Part shown: in pieces, positions 36,542 to 46,333 of the stretch
Layout of the letters: every line of letters begins with the position of its first letter
Position numbering within the stretch: position 1 is the stretch's first letter
Assembly: GCA_029560465.1 (NCBI GenBank)
Contig: JAKQKX010000016.1
Span: 206,221-270,220 of the forward strand
DNA length: 64,000 nt
Direction of reading: 5' to 3'
Source: Candidatus Omnitrophota bacterium
GTDB lineage: Bacteria > Omnitrophota > Gorgyraeia > Zapsychrales > JANLHA01
Notes under the pieces: generated by a model
Database searches by the model: none
The model's input: the letters and a program-made list of their open reading frames with translations, nothing else
What the model was told of the DNA's origin: nothing
Made by a program: the position numbers and the translations under genes

Positions 36542-37536
36542 TATGCGCCATGAATGAAAACCATCAAAACGAGATTGGCACGGAACAGCTTTGGGACCTT
36601 TACCGGGTCATGGCTCGCATCCGCCTGGTCGAATTAAAGATCGAAGAGTTGTATCATCTGGATGACATGAAAACACCCATTCATCTCTCCTTGGGAGAGG
36701 AGGCCGTTGCGGCGGGCGTGTGTGCCCATTTACGTTTGGATGATTTTGTCTTTAGCAATCATCGCAGTCACGCGCATTATCTGGCCAAAGGCGGCGACCT
36801 TAAAGCCATGATCGCCGAGTTGTATTGTAAAGAAACCGGTTGCGCCAAAGGCCGTGGCGGATCCATGCATTTGATTGACACGGCCGTCGGCCATCTGGGG
36901 TCTTCCGCGATCGTGGGCGGGAGCATCCCTCACGCGGTGGGGGCGGCGTTGGCGTTTGTGATGCAAAACAAAACGGCTGTTGCTGTCTCCTTTTTCGGGG
37001 ACGCAGCCAGCGAGGAGGGGGTTTTCTTCGAAAGCATGAGCCTAGCGGCGCTGAAGCGCCTGCCAGTCGTTTTTGTCTGTGAAAATAATTTCTATTCCGT
37101 GTGTTCGCATATTTCCGCGCGCCAGCCGAATCCGGATATCGCCATGCGTGCGCGGGCTTTTGATATCCCTTCTGTGAAAGTTGACGGGATGGATGTGGGG
37201 CAAGTTTTTATGAAAGCAGGAGACGCTATTCATCACGCCCGTCAGGGGCGCGGGCCGTATCTTTTGGAATGCCGTGCTCAGCGCTGGCGCGCGCACGCGG
37301 GTTCCGGTGACCCGCTCCGGGAAAAATACCGCAAGCCGGAAGATTTAGAACCGGATTGGATGCGAGATCCTTTGTCCGAATTGGAACAGGTTTTGCGTTC
37401 CCGGCGGGGTATAGGGGAGCAGACGATTCGTGATATAACCGGAACATTGAATGCGGAAATTGACGAAGCGTTCTATGCGGCTCAATCCGGCCCGCTTCCC
37501 CGGAAAGAAGACCTTAAAAAATATCTATTCGCGTGA
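36538..37536 (+). CDS. TPP-dependent 2-oxoacid dehydrogenase E1 component, alpha subunit
   Basis: [14 protein letters not shown]...NN.Y TPP-binding fold. ATGA-coupled to the previous gene. Confidence 0.75.
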   Translation: MICAMNENHQNEIGTEQLWDLYRVMARIRLVELKIEELYHLDDMKTPIHLSLGEEAVAAGVCAHLRLDDFVFSNHRSHAHYLAKGGDLKAMIAELYCKETGCAKGRGGSMHLIDTAVGHLGSSAIVGGSIPHAVGAALAFVMQNKTAVAVSFFGDAASEEGVFFESMSLAALKRLPVVFVCENNFYSVCSHISARQPNPDIAMRARAFDIPSVKVDGMDVGQVFMKAGDAIHHARQGRGPYLLECRAQRWRAHAGSGDPLREKYRKPEDLEPDWMRDPLSELEQVLRSRRGIGEQTIRDITGTLNAEIDEAFYAAQSGPLPRKEDLKKYLFA

Positions 37537-37539
37537 ACT

Positions 37540-38580
37540 ATGCCTTGGACAAAATTACAGATTGAAAGAGAAGAACCCGTTTTCGATGAAAACGCCGGGC
37601 AGGATGTCCGGAAGTTGAGTTTCGGGGAAGCCCTGCGGGAAGCGTTAGACCAGGCTCTTCAGAGAGACCCCCGCGTGTATGCCATGGGGCAGGGCATTGA
37701 CGATCCCGGTGGGATTTTTGGGACAACCCTCGGGTTGCAGGAAAAATACGGGCCGCAGCGGATTTTCGACGCCCCCTTAGCCGAAGAAGCGACGATCGGC
37801 ATGGCCATCGGGTCGGCTATGGCGGGTTTAAGGCCGGTGTCTATTCATAACCGCCCTGACTTCCTGATGATGGCCATGGACCAGATCGTCAATGCCGCGT
37901 CAAAATGGTGTTATATGTTTTCGGGCCAGGTGCCGATCCCGCTTGTTATCCGGGCCTGCATTGGCCGGGGCTGGGGCTCGGCCGCCCAGCATTCGCAGTC
38001 TTTGCACGGGCTGTTCACGCATGTCCCGGGCTTGAAAATTGTCATGCCCAGCACCGCTTATGATGCTAAGGGGCTGTTTATCGCCAGTGTGGCGGATAAT
38101 AACCCTGTGATATTTATAGAGCACCGGTGGCTCTATCAGCACAAGGGGTATGTCCCGCAGGATGTGTATGCGGTCCCCTTTGGCCAGGGTACGGTTAAAA
38201 GGCCAGGCCGGGACATCACGGTGCTCGCGATATCGCACATGGTGATCGAGTCCCTCCGGGCGGCGGAACAGTTGGAGAAACAAGGGATCAGCCTAGAGGT
38301 CCTTGACCCCCGAACCCTGTGCCCGTTTGACGAAGAGATTCTTCTTAAGTCGCTTGCGAAAACCGGAAAGCTGATTGTCGCGGATGTTGACTGGAAGACT
38401 GGCGGGTTCGCGGCGGAAGTCGTGGCCCTGGCCGCGGAAAAAGGGTTTGGCTATCTTAAGAAACCCCCGGTGCGGGTGTGCCTTCCCGATATCCCGACGC
38501 CGGCCAGTTATGTCCTGGAAGAGGCTTTTTATCCCGGGGTGGCGGACATTGTCGCCGCGGCGGAACACCTGATGGCATGA
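37540..38580 (+). CDS. TPP-dependent 2-oxoacid dehydrogenase E1 component, beta subunit
   Basis: Transketolase-like pyrimidine-binding and C-terminal domains (GEEATIGMAIG, FIEHRWLY, ISLEVLDPRTL). Confidence 0.75.
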   Translation: MPWTKLQIEREEPVFDENAGQDVRKLSFGEALREALDQALQRDPRVYAMGQGIDDPGGIFGTTLGLQEKYGPQRIFDAPLAEEATIGMAIGSAMAGLRPVSIHNRPDFLMMAMDQIVNAASKWCYMFSGQVPIPLVIRACIGRGWGSAAQHSQSLHGLFTHVPGLKIVMPSTAYDAKGLFIASVADNNPVIFIEHRWLYQHKGYVPQDVYAVPFGQGTVKRPGRDITVLAISHMVIESLRAAEQLEKQGISLEVLDPRTLCPFDEEILLKSLAKTGKLIVADVDWKTGGFAAEVVALAAEKGFGYLKKPPVRVCLPDIPTPASYVLEEAFYPGVADIVAAAEHLMA

Positions 38581-38643
38581 ATTTCCATGGCCTCAGGGCC
38601 CGGCGGGAAATTTGTAAAATACACGTATACAGGGGAGTGAAAC

Positions 38644-39576
38644 ATGAAAATACTGGTGACCGGCGGAGCCGGTTATATCGGCTCGGTTCTTGTGCCGCGC
38701 CTGTTGGCGGAGGGCCATGAGGTTGTGGTGCTGGATAATTTTATGTACAACCAGACACCGCTCTTGGACTGCTGTCATGACCCCCGGCTCACGATTGTGC
38801 GGGGTGATGCGCGGGATAAGGTGCTTTTGGAACGTTTGATGAAAGACGCGGATGCTGTTTTTCCCATGGCCTGTCTGACGGGCGCGCCCTTGTGCAAGAA
38901 AGACCCTTGGGCGGCGCAGACGGTATTGCTGGATGCGGTTCGACTGGTCATAAGCTTGAGCGGCCGTGATCAGAGGATCGTTTTCCCGACCACGAATAGC
39001 GGATACGGGGTGGGGCAGAAAGATCATTTTTGCACCGAAGAAACGCCCTTAAATCCGATTTCATTATACGGGCAGCTCAAGGTTCAGGCGGAAGAAGCTG
39101 TTTTGTCTTCGGGCCGGGGGGTCACGCTGCGGTTGGCCACCGCTTTCGGGATCAGCCCCCGTATGCGCCTGGATCTTTTGGTGAACGATTTTACTTACCG
39201 GGCTGTGAATGACCGTTTTATTATTTTGTTTGAGGCGCATTTTAAACGGAATTTTATCCATGTCCGCGATGTGGCCAAAGCATTTATTCATAGTTTGAAG
39301 AATTTCGAGTCTATGAAGGGCGAACCTTATAACGTCGGGTTAAGCGACGCGAACTTGAGTAAAAAAGAACTCTGCGATGAAATCCGCAAACAGGTCCCGG
39401 AATTTTATGTCCTGGAGTCTGCGATCGGAGAAGATCCGGATAAACGGGATTATGTCGTTTCCAATGAAAAGATTGAAAAAACCGGATATCGTCCGGATGT
39501 TTCCCTGCCGGCCGGCATCGGCGAGCTGATCAAGGGATATCAGATTATTAAGAGAAACCAGTTCGCCAACATTTAA
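38644..39576 (+). CDS. NAD-dependent sugar epimerase/dehydratase (extended SDR)
   Basis: ILVTGGAGYIGS Rossmann, Y-x3-K (YGQLK). Confidence 0.65.
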   Translation: MKILVTGGAGYIGSVLVPRLLAEGHEVVVLDNFMYNQTPLLDCCHDPRLTIVRGDARDKVLLERLMKDADAVFPMACLTGAPLCKKDPWAAQTVLLDAVRLVISLSGRDQRIVFPTTNSGYGVGQKDHFCTEETPLNPISLYGQLKVQAEEAVLSSGRGVTLRLATAFGISPRMRLDLLVNDFTYRAVNDRFIILFEAHFKRNFIHVRDVAKAFIHSLKNFESMKGEPYNVGLSDANLSKKELCDEIRKQVPEFYVLESAIGEDPDKRDYVVSNEKIEKTGYRPDVSLPAGIGELIKGYQIIKRNQFANI

Positions 39577-39739
39577 CCGCCGGCCGGGTTCCTGAAACGC
39601 GTGATGCCTTGTGTTTCTGGAAGAAGCTTATAATTTGTGGTGAGGAGAAAGGCCGCGCGGATTTCAGAGACGGCCTTGACCGCCTCGCGCATTCAACATA
39701 TAATGACCACACGGTTTATTAAAGAATCGGGGAGCGCCC

Positions 39740-41245
39740 ATGACGGACATTGTACTGATAAAAGCGAATAACCAGAAAAAAGCCTATCAGGACCTCAGCC
39801 GGGATTTTACCGGGCTGGAACCGCCGTTGTGGATCATTTTAACCGCCGCCTTCCTTCGGGAACAAGGGTTTCAGGTTCAGGTGATTGATGCTGAAGTGGA
39901 GAATTTTGACGCGCGGGAAACCGTTCAGAGGGCTTTGGCCTACAAACCCCTTTTAGTGTCTGTTGTGGTTTCCGGCACCAACCCATCCGCCTCAACGATC
40001 AATATGCCCGGCGCCAGTGAATGTTTGAAAGAGCTGAAGCGGAGGCAGCCGCAGTGCCCGGCGGCGATTTCAGGGCTTCATCCCTCCGTTTTGGCGGCGC
40101 AGACGATGCAGGAAGAGGTCGCGGACTTCTTGTGCGAGGGCGAGGGCTTCACCACGTACGCCCAATTGCTGAATCTCTTAAAATCGGGAAAAACCCTCGG
40201 AGATGATTTCACGGTTGACGGGTTGTGGTATAGAAAAGGCGAACAGATTATTTCCAACGCGCGGGCTGAGAATATCCCGGATTTGGGCGTACTGCCGATG
40301 CCCGCCTGGGACCTCTTGCCGATGCAGAAATACCGCGCGCATAACTGGCACGCATTTGATGACGTGGAGAAACGCCAGCCTTACGCGGTTATTTACACCA
40401 GCCTGGGCTGCCCGTTTCATTGCAGTTTCTGCTGTATTAACAGTATTTTCGGGGGGCCCGGCATCCGTTATCGTCCGCCGGAGAAGGTCGTTGAAGAAGT
40501 GGATTATTTGGTCCGGAATTACGGTGTGAGGCATATTAAGATTCTGGATGAAATGTTCGCCCTGAAGATCAGCCATGTGGAGGAACTGTGCGACCGGTTG
40601 ATCGCCTTGGGGCACGATTTGAATTTCTGGGTCTATGGACGGATTGACACGGTGAAAGAGCCCATGTTTAAAAAGATGAAACAAGCCGGCATCAACTGGA
40701 TCGCTTACGGGATCGAAGCGGGGAGCAAGAAAGTCCGTGAGGGGGTTTCAAAGGGGCGGTTCGATCAGGACCAGATTAAACGGGTTATTGAGATGACGCA
40801 TGCCGAGGGAATTCATATTGTCGGGAATTTTATCTTCGGTCTGCCGGATGACGACCTTGAAACGATGGGGGAAACTTTGACTCTGGCCAAAGAATTGAAT
40901 TGTGAGTACGGGAATTTTTACTGCGCCATGGCGTATCCGGGTTCGAAGCTGTATGATGAAGCCGTCGCCCAAGGGGTCCCTCTGCCGGACACGTGGTCCG
41001 GGTTTGCCCAGTTCAGCGAGGACACGTTGCCTCTTCCGACCAAATACCTTTCCAGCGGGGAAGTCCTGCGCTTCCGGGACAAGGCGTTTCAGGAGTATCA
41101 CACCAGCGGACCGTATCTGAATATGATTGAACACAAGTTCGGAATGAAAACGAGGAAACATGTTGAGGACATGTGCGCGATGAAGTTGAAACGGAAGCAT
41201 TATGATGACACGGAAGGCATCCATTTTCATCAGGAAGTGGACTAA
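39740..41245 (+). CDS. B12-binding-domain radical SAM enzyme (class B)
   Basis: N-terminal cobalamin-binding-like domain, CPFHCSFCC (CxxxCxxC) radical SAM core. Confidence 0.75.
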   Translation: MTDIVLIKANNQKKAYQDLSRDFTGLEPPLWIILTAAFLREQGFQVQVIDAEVENFDARETVQRALAYKPLLVSVVVSGTNPSASTINMPGASECLKELKRRQPQCPAAISGLHPSVLAAQTMQEEVADFLCEGEGFTTYAQLLNLLKSGKTLGDDFTVDGLWYRKGEQIISNARAENIPDLGVLPMPAWDLLPMQKYRAHNWHAFDDVEKRQPYAVIYTSLGCPFHCSFCCINSIFGGPGIRYRPPEKVVEEVDYLVRNYGVRHIKILDEMFALKISHVEELCDRLIALGHDLNFWVYGRIDTVKEPMFKKMKQAGINWIAYGIEAGSKKVREGVSKGRFDQDQIKRVIEMTHAEGIHIVGNFIFGLPDDDLETMGETLTLAKELNCEYGNFYCAMAYPGSKLYDEAVAQGVPLPDTWSGFAQFSEDTLPLPTKYLSSGEVLRFRDKAFQEYHTSGPYLNMIEHKFGMKTRKHVEDMCAMKLKRKHYDDTEGIHFHQEVD

Positions 41246-41272
41246 TTCAACCCAGAATCCGAGAGGTTCATT

Positions 41273-42268
41273 ATGATTATCAGCCGCACGCCGTTTCGAA
41301 TATCATTTTTTGGCGGGGGGACGGATTATCCGGCCTGGTATGAAAAGCACAAAGGGGCGGTGCTGGCGACGACGATTGACAAGTATTGTTATATCACCAC
41401 CCGTTATTTACCGCCGTTTTTCAGCCATAAATCCCGTATCGTTTATACCAAAACCGAACTGGTCAAGAAGCTTTCTGAGATCGACCACCCCGCTGTCCGG
41501 GAGGTTTTAAGATTTTTAAAAATTCATCAGGGGATTGAAATCCATCATGACGGCGACCTCCCCGCCCGCACCGGGCTGGGGTCCAGCTCTTCGTTTACGG
41601 TGGGGCTTTTAAACAGCCTTTACGCTCTTAAGGGGGTTATGCCGACCAAAGAGCGCCTGGCCAAGGAAGCCATTTATATCGAGCAGGAGATGTGCCGTGA
41701 TAATGTCGGGTGCCAGGACCAGGTCCTGGCCGCGTATGGCGGATTCAATTTTATCGAGTTCGGGGGCTCTAACCATCTTCAGGTCCGGCGCGTGACGTTC
41801 CGCAGCGACAAGATCAAGAAGCTGGAAAAACATCTGATGCTTTTTTTTACGGGTTTTGCCCGGATGGCCTCGGAGATCGCCGCGCATCAAATCAGGAACA
41901 TCCCGAAGAAAACGGCCGAACTCAAAACCATGCATCAAATGGCTTATCAGGCGATTGATATCCTCAATGCGAACGACATCCTGGCGTTCGGGAAACTCCT
42001 CGACGAATCATGGAAGCTGAAGCGGAGCCTCTCGGATAAGATTTCAACGCCGTTTGTGGATGACATGTATGGGACGGCTAAAAGGGCCGGTGCGGTCGGG
42101 GGGAAGCTGCTCGGCGCGGGAGGCGGGGGGTTCCTGCTTTTATGCGTTCCTCCGGCGCGGCAGAAAAGCGTGCGAGAAAAACTTAAGAAATCTCTGTTGA
42201 TCCCGTTTAAGTTTGAAGATTTGGGTTCGCAGATTATCTTTTATCAGCCCTATAGCGGAAAAGTTTAG
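41273..42268 (+). CDS. hddA: GHMP sugar kinase, D-glycero-alpha-D-manno-heptose-7-phosphate kinase-like
   Basis: RTPFRISFFGGGTD N-terminus and GHMP motif PARTGLGSSSSF, as in HddA. Confidence 0.65.
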   Translation: MIISRTPFRISFFGGGTDYPAWYEKHKGAVLATTIDKYCYITTRYLPPFFSHKSRIVYTKTELVKKLSEIDHPAVREVLRFLKIHQGIEIHHDGDLPARTGLGSSSSFTVGLLNSLYALKGVMPTKERLAKEAIYIEQEMCRDNVGCQDQVLAAYGGFNFIEFGGSNHLQVRRVTFRSDKIKKLEKHLMLFFTGFARMASEIAAHQIRNIPKKTAELKTMHQMAYQAIDILNANDILAFGKLLDESWKLKRSLSDKISTPFVDDMYGTAKRAGAVGGKLLGAGGGGFLLLCVPPARQKSVREKLKKSLLIPFKFEDLGSQIIFYQPYSGKV

Positions 42269-42296
42269 CACTTGAGGGCGAGGGCCGGGGAGACAC

Positions 42297-43040
42297 GTGG
42301 CGCATACGGGCACGACAGACGTGGTGGTTTTGGCCGGGGGGCTGGGGACCCGGCTCCGTTCCGAGATCGGGCTAACTCAAAAAACCATGGCGGCCATCGG
42401 GGATCGGCCGTTTTTGTTTTTTATGCTGAAGCGGCTCGCCTGGCAGGGCTTTCGCCGGATCATCCTGTGCACCGGTTTTCAGGCCCAGGCGGTGGAAGAA
42501 TATTTCAAAAGGGAACCTCTCGGGCTGGACATTGTTTTTTCAAGGGAGGACACCCCTCTGGGGACGGGCGGCGCTTTTAAAAAGGCGGCTAGTTTGGTCC
42601 AGGGCGACCTGTTCCTGCTCTTGAACGGGGATTCGTTGTGTGACATGGATTACGCGGCCCTGCTGGATTTTCACGCCCGGAAACAGGCGTTGGTGACGCT
42701 GACCCTGTCTGAGGTCCCGCCCCGCATGGATACGGGGTCCGTTATCATGAATTCCTCGGGTGCCATTGTGGATTTCCGGGAGAAATCGAATAGGGAAGCC
42801 CGGGTCCCCTCGGGGCACCACGTTTATGTGAATGCCGGCGTTTATTGTTTTAACAGGAGAATTTTTTCTTTTTTCCCACCGGGGGACGTGTTTTCCCTGG
42901 AAAACGATTTTTTCCCTTCTTTGCTCACGGAACGGGTTTACGGTTTTGTCATTAAGAAGGGTTTTTTGGATATCGGGACGCCGCAGCGCTACGCTGAGGC
43001 CAGAAGAGATTTGAAGTTAACGGGCTTGGGAGAAGAATGA
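42297..43040 (+). CDS. hddC: Sugar-1-phosphate nucleotidyltransferase (heptose-1-P guanylyltransferase-like)
   Basis: VVLAGGLGTRL at the N-terminus, short single-domain NTP-transferase, adjacent to an hddA-like gene. Confidence 0.6.
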   Translation: MAHTGTTDVVVLAGGLGTRLRSEIGLTQKTMAAIGDRPFLFFMLKRLAWQGFRRIILCTGFQAQAVEEYFKREPLGLDIVFSREDTPLGTGGAFKKAASLVQGDLFLLLNGDSLCDMDYAALLDFHARKQALVTLTLSEVPPRMDTGSVIMNSSGAIVDFREKSNREARVPSGHHVYVNAGVYCFNRRIFSFFPPGDVFSLENDFFPSLLTERVYGFVIKKGFLDIGTPQRYAEARRDLKLTGLGEE

Positions 43041-43094
43041 GGTTCCTCCCTGGAAAGTCCGACGGGCGTAAATTTAGAGAAAGGCAGGGATCCC

Positions 43095-44267
43095 GTGGCA
43101 ACGCATAAAGAGCAAAGCATCGAAACCAAAACGCAGTACCAGGTGCCGTTTGGCACTGTTTCTATCACTCCCGAAGCCCGGACGCTTATCGATAAAGCTT
43201 TAGAAACGAAATTTGTAACCCGCGGGAAATACGTCGCGGAATTTGAGCAACTGTTTGCCCGGCTTTTTAAACGGAAATACGCCATCGCGGTTTCCAGCGG
43301 CACGGACGCCGACGCCTTGTCCCTTGCGACGCTTTATGACTATGGGGCCCGCCGGGGTGATGAAATCATCGTGCCGGCTTTGTCTTTCGTCGCCACCGGC
43401 AACGCTGTTTTTCAGGCGGGTTTTAATCCGGTCTTCGTGGACGTTAAGCGGGAAACGTTGAATATTGACGTCGACAAAATTGAAGTGGCCATCACCCAGC
43501 GCACCCGCGCCATTATGCCGGTGCATTTGATGGGCAAACCGGCTGATATGGACAGGATCATGGCGATCGCTGAAAAGCACAAGCTGTACGTGATTGAAGA
43601 CGCGGCTGAAGCCCACGGCGCGGAATATAAAGGGCGGCTCATCGGCACGCTCGGGCACATGGCGGCTTTCAGCCTTTACGCCGCACATATCGTGACCTCG
43701 ATCGAGGGCGGGATGGTGATTACGGATGATAAACAGATGGCGGAAGCGGTCCGCTCGTTGCGGAACCATGGCATTGTCAACAAGTTTGAATTCCGGCGTA
43801 TCGGGTTTTCGGCCAAGATGAACGAAATAGAAGCCGCGGTCGGAATCGGCAATATCAGGATTTTTGAGGAAATCCTCAACACCCGGAGGCGCAATCTCCT
43901 GTATCTTATCGAACGCTTTCGGAAGTTTGACGAGTATTTTATCAGCGTCAAAGAAGACGAGGGGGAAAAAATCGGCCCGCACGCTTTTTCTATCATCCTC
44001 AGGGAGGGGCTGAATTTCACCAAAGACGAGATTGTCGCAGACCTGGACCGGCAGGGGATCGATTCCCGCAACCTGTTTTATTCCATGCCGACGCAGTGCC
44101 CGAGTTATGCGTTTTTGGGGCACACCCTGGGGGACTTCCCGGAAGCCGAATATTGCGCGGATCAGGGTTTTCATATCGGCATTCATCAGGATATCGGGTT
44201 GGCGCAACTCGATTATGTCGCCGAGGGCGTTGAGGCATTTCTAAAATCCAAAGGGCTTTCCGCGTGA
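43095..44267 (+). CDS. DegT/DnrJ/EryC1/StrS-family PLP-dependent sugar aminotransferase
   Basis: AVSSGTDA, IIVPA.SFVAT, and catalytic Lys region SLYAAHIVTSIEGG. Confidence 0.75.
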   Translation: MATHKEQSIETKTQYQVPFGTVSITPEARTLIDKALETKFVTRGKYVAEFEQLFARLFKRKYAIAVSSGTDADALSLATLYDYGARRGDEIIVPALSFVATGNAVFQAGFNPVFVDVKRETLNIDVDKIEVAITQRTRAIMPVHLMGKPADMDRIMAIAEKHKLYVIEDAAEAHGAEYKGRLIGTLGHMAAFSLYAAHIVTSIEGGMVITDDKQMAEAVRSLRNHGIVNKFEFRRIGFSAKMNEIEAAVGIGNIRIFEEILNTRRRNLLYLIERFRKFDEYFISVKEDEGEKIGPHAFSIILREGLNFTKDEIVADLDRQGIDSRNLFYSMPTQCPSYAFLGHTLGDFPEAEYCADQGFHIGIHQDIGLAQLDYVAEGVEAFLKSKGLSA

Positions 44268-44311
44268 GATCCTGATGCCACCCGGGCCTTCGGCTGCGGG
44301 GGATTGACTTT

Positions 44312-45481
44312 ATGCGTGTCGCGATTAACTGCCGATCATTTCTCAAAGAAAATAAGACGGGTATTGGCCGGTACGCCTTTAACCTGGTCCGCTCCTTGGG
44401 GGAGATTGACCCGGACAACGAGTACTGGCTTTATGCCCGGAAAAGGATATTGGACTTTAGGAGGCGGTTGCCGCGGTTCTCTTCCGGCAAGTTTAAGGTC
44501 AAGGCGGATTATTTTAACCGCGGGACGGATGCGGTCCTCCGCGGGGCGGATGTGTATCATTCCCCGAGCCTTGATTTTATCGGTTTCACATCCGGTAAAG
44601 TCGTGGTCACGGTGCATGACCTGATTTACAAGGTTTTCCCGCAGGGGCACACCCCGGAGACGCGTGATATTTCCGAGAGGCAGATGCGGGAGGTTGTCCG
44701 CAAAGCCGATCATATTATCTGCTGTTCGCAGGCGACGCTGGATGACCTGGTGCGGCATTTTCCTGTGGATAAGGCGCGGCTGTCGGTGATCCACCAGGGG
44801 GTTGACAAGGGTGTCTTTTTCCCTCTGCGCGGCCAGGCTTTGGCCGCCGCCCGGCGTGTCGTTCAACAAAAAGGCGTGGACGGCCCTTTCCTGCTTTTTG
44901 TGGGGACACTGGAGCCGCGGAAGAATCTTCTTCACCTGCTGGAGGCGTTTGAGCGGGTTAAAGCGCGCGGGACTTTTCGCGGCCGGTTGGTTGTCATTGG
45001 CATGCGGGGGTGGATGATGGAACAGCTGCAGACCCGTTTGGCGGGCATGAAAGCGCGGGCGGATGTCATTTTGCCGGGGTTCGTGACAGACGAGGAACTG
45101 CGCTGTTTTTATAATTGCGCGGATGTTTTTATTTTCCCTTCCTTTTATGAAGGCTTTGGTTTTCCGGTCCTGGAAGCGTTTTGTTGCGGGGCGCCGGTGA
45201 TCACATCACGGGGATCGGCGTGCGGGGAAGTGGCGGCCGGCGCGGCGGAAATGATTGATCCGGAATCCCCGGCGGAGATCTCGGAAGCCATCCGCCGTAT
45301 CGTGCACGATGAAGGGTGCCGCCAGCGGCTGAAAGCTGCTGCTTTAAAAAGAGCGGAGGATTTTTCTTTCCGCAAGACGGCGGAGGAAACGTTGCGCGTT
45401 TATCAGCGGGTTTTTAAAGGAAAGGGCGGCCACCCGTCCTGTTTTAGCCGGGGCATCCCCAAAGACAAGGAGTTGCAATGA
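44312..45481 (+). CDS. Glycosyltransferase family 4 (GT-B)
   Basis: C-terminal EGFGFPVLEAFCCGAPVITS E-x7-E motif. Confidence 0.75.
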   Translation: MRVAINCRSFLKENKTGIGRYAFNLVRSLGEIDPDNEYWLYARKRILDFRRRLPRFSSGKFKVKADYFNRGTDAVLRGADVYHSPSLDFIGFTSGKVVVTVHDLIYKVFPQGHTPETRDISERQMREVVRKADHIICCSQATLDDLVRHFPVDKARLSVIHQGVDKGVFFPLRGQALAAARRVVQQKGVDGPFLLFVGTLEPRKNLLHLLEAFERVKARGTFRGRLVVIGMRGWMMEQLQTRLAGMKARADVILPGFVTDEELRCFYNCADVFIFPSFYEGFGFPVLEAFCCGAPVITSRGSACGEVAAGAAEMIDPESPAEISEAIRRIVHDEGCRQRLKAAALKRAEDFSFRKTAEETLRVYQRVFKGKGGHPSCFSRGIPKDKELQ

Positions 45482-46320
45482 AGATCAGCGGTTTTACGAT
45501 CGCCCGCAATGCGGTTAAATTCCAGTACCCCTTAGTGGAATCTATCCGGTCTGTCCTGCCGTTGTGCGATGAAATGATTGTGAATGTCGGGGATTCTGAA
45601 GACGACACCCTCGGGCTTGTCCGGTCTATCCGCGACGCCAAGATAAAAATTTTACAAAGCCGCTGGGATATGTCCTTGGGTAAAGAGGTCCTTTCCCAAC
45701 AGACGAATTTGGCCTTGGCCGCTTGCCGCGGCGACTGGGCGGTGTATCTGCAGTCGGATGAAGTTTTGCATGAAAAAGACCTCCCCTCCCTTCGGAAACG
45801 CATGGAGGGGTGTTTGAGCGAACCCGGGGTGGACGCCTTAAGGTTCCGCTGGCTGCATTTTTACGGAAGTTATTACCGTTACCGGATCGACCGGGGCTGG
45901 TATCAGAAGCAGGACCGGATCGTCCGTAATAACGGGCAGGTCGAATCGTTTGGCGATGCCTATGGGTTCCGGAGGAAAGACGGCCGTCCCCTGGGGCGTA
46001 AGAACACCGGATGCCTGTTATACCATTACGGGTGGGTTCACTCCGGGGATGTCATGGCGCAGCGCCGGAGCAACGCCAAGGAGATCGGGTACGCGGCTTT
46101 GAGCCCGCAGGATAACCGGGATCAGTATTCTTTCGGGGCCCTGACCCGGTTTCCCGCTTATTTCGGGTCTCATCCCGCGGTGATGCGGGAGAAGGTTTTG
46201 TCTCATGCGTTGAGCATGTCGGACCTTCAGACGATCAACCGGACGTTCTGGTGGCACCCAATGAAAATTTTTAAAGTCCGGTACAAAACATTTAAACGCT
46301 ATAAAAAAAGTTTATCATAA
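45478..46320 (+). CDS. Putative glycosyltransferase (GT2-like)
   Basis: ATGA-coupled. MKISGFTIARNA...DEMIVNVGDSEDDT is a GT-A-like N-terminus. Confidence 0.4.
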   Translation: MKISGFTIARNAVKFQYPLVESIRSVLPLCDEMIVNVGDSEDDTLGLVRSIRDAKIKILQSRWDMSLGKEVLSQQTNLALAACRGDWAVYLQSDEVLHEKDLPSLRKRMEGCLSEPGVDALRFRWLHFYGSYYRYRIDRGWYQKQDRIVRNNGQVESFGDAYGFRRKDGRPLGRKNTGCLLYHYGWVHSGDVMAQRRSNAKEIGYAALSPQDNRDQYSFGALTRFPAYFGSHPAVMREKVLSHALSMSDLQTINRTFWWHPMKIFKVRYKTFKRYKKSLS

Positions 46321-46333
46321 ACGCGGCCAATGA

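Noticed and set aside
43200-44207. 335-aa minus-strand ORF
   Set aside because: Antisense to the DegT aminotransferase gene, whose PLP-enzyme motifs are unambiguous on the plus strand.
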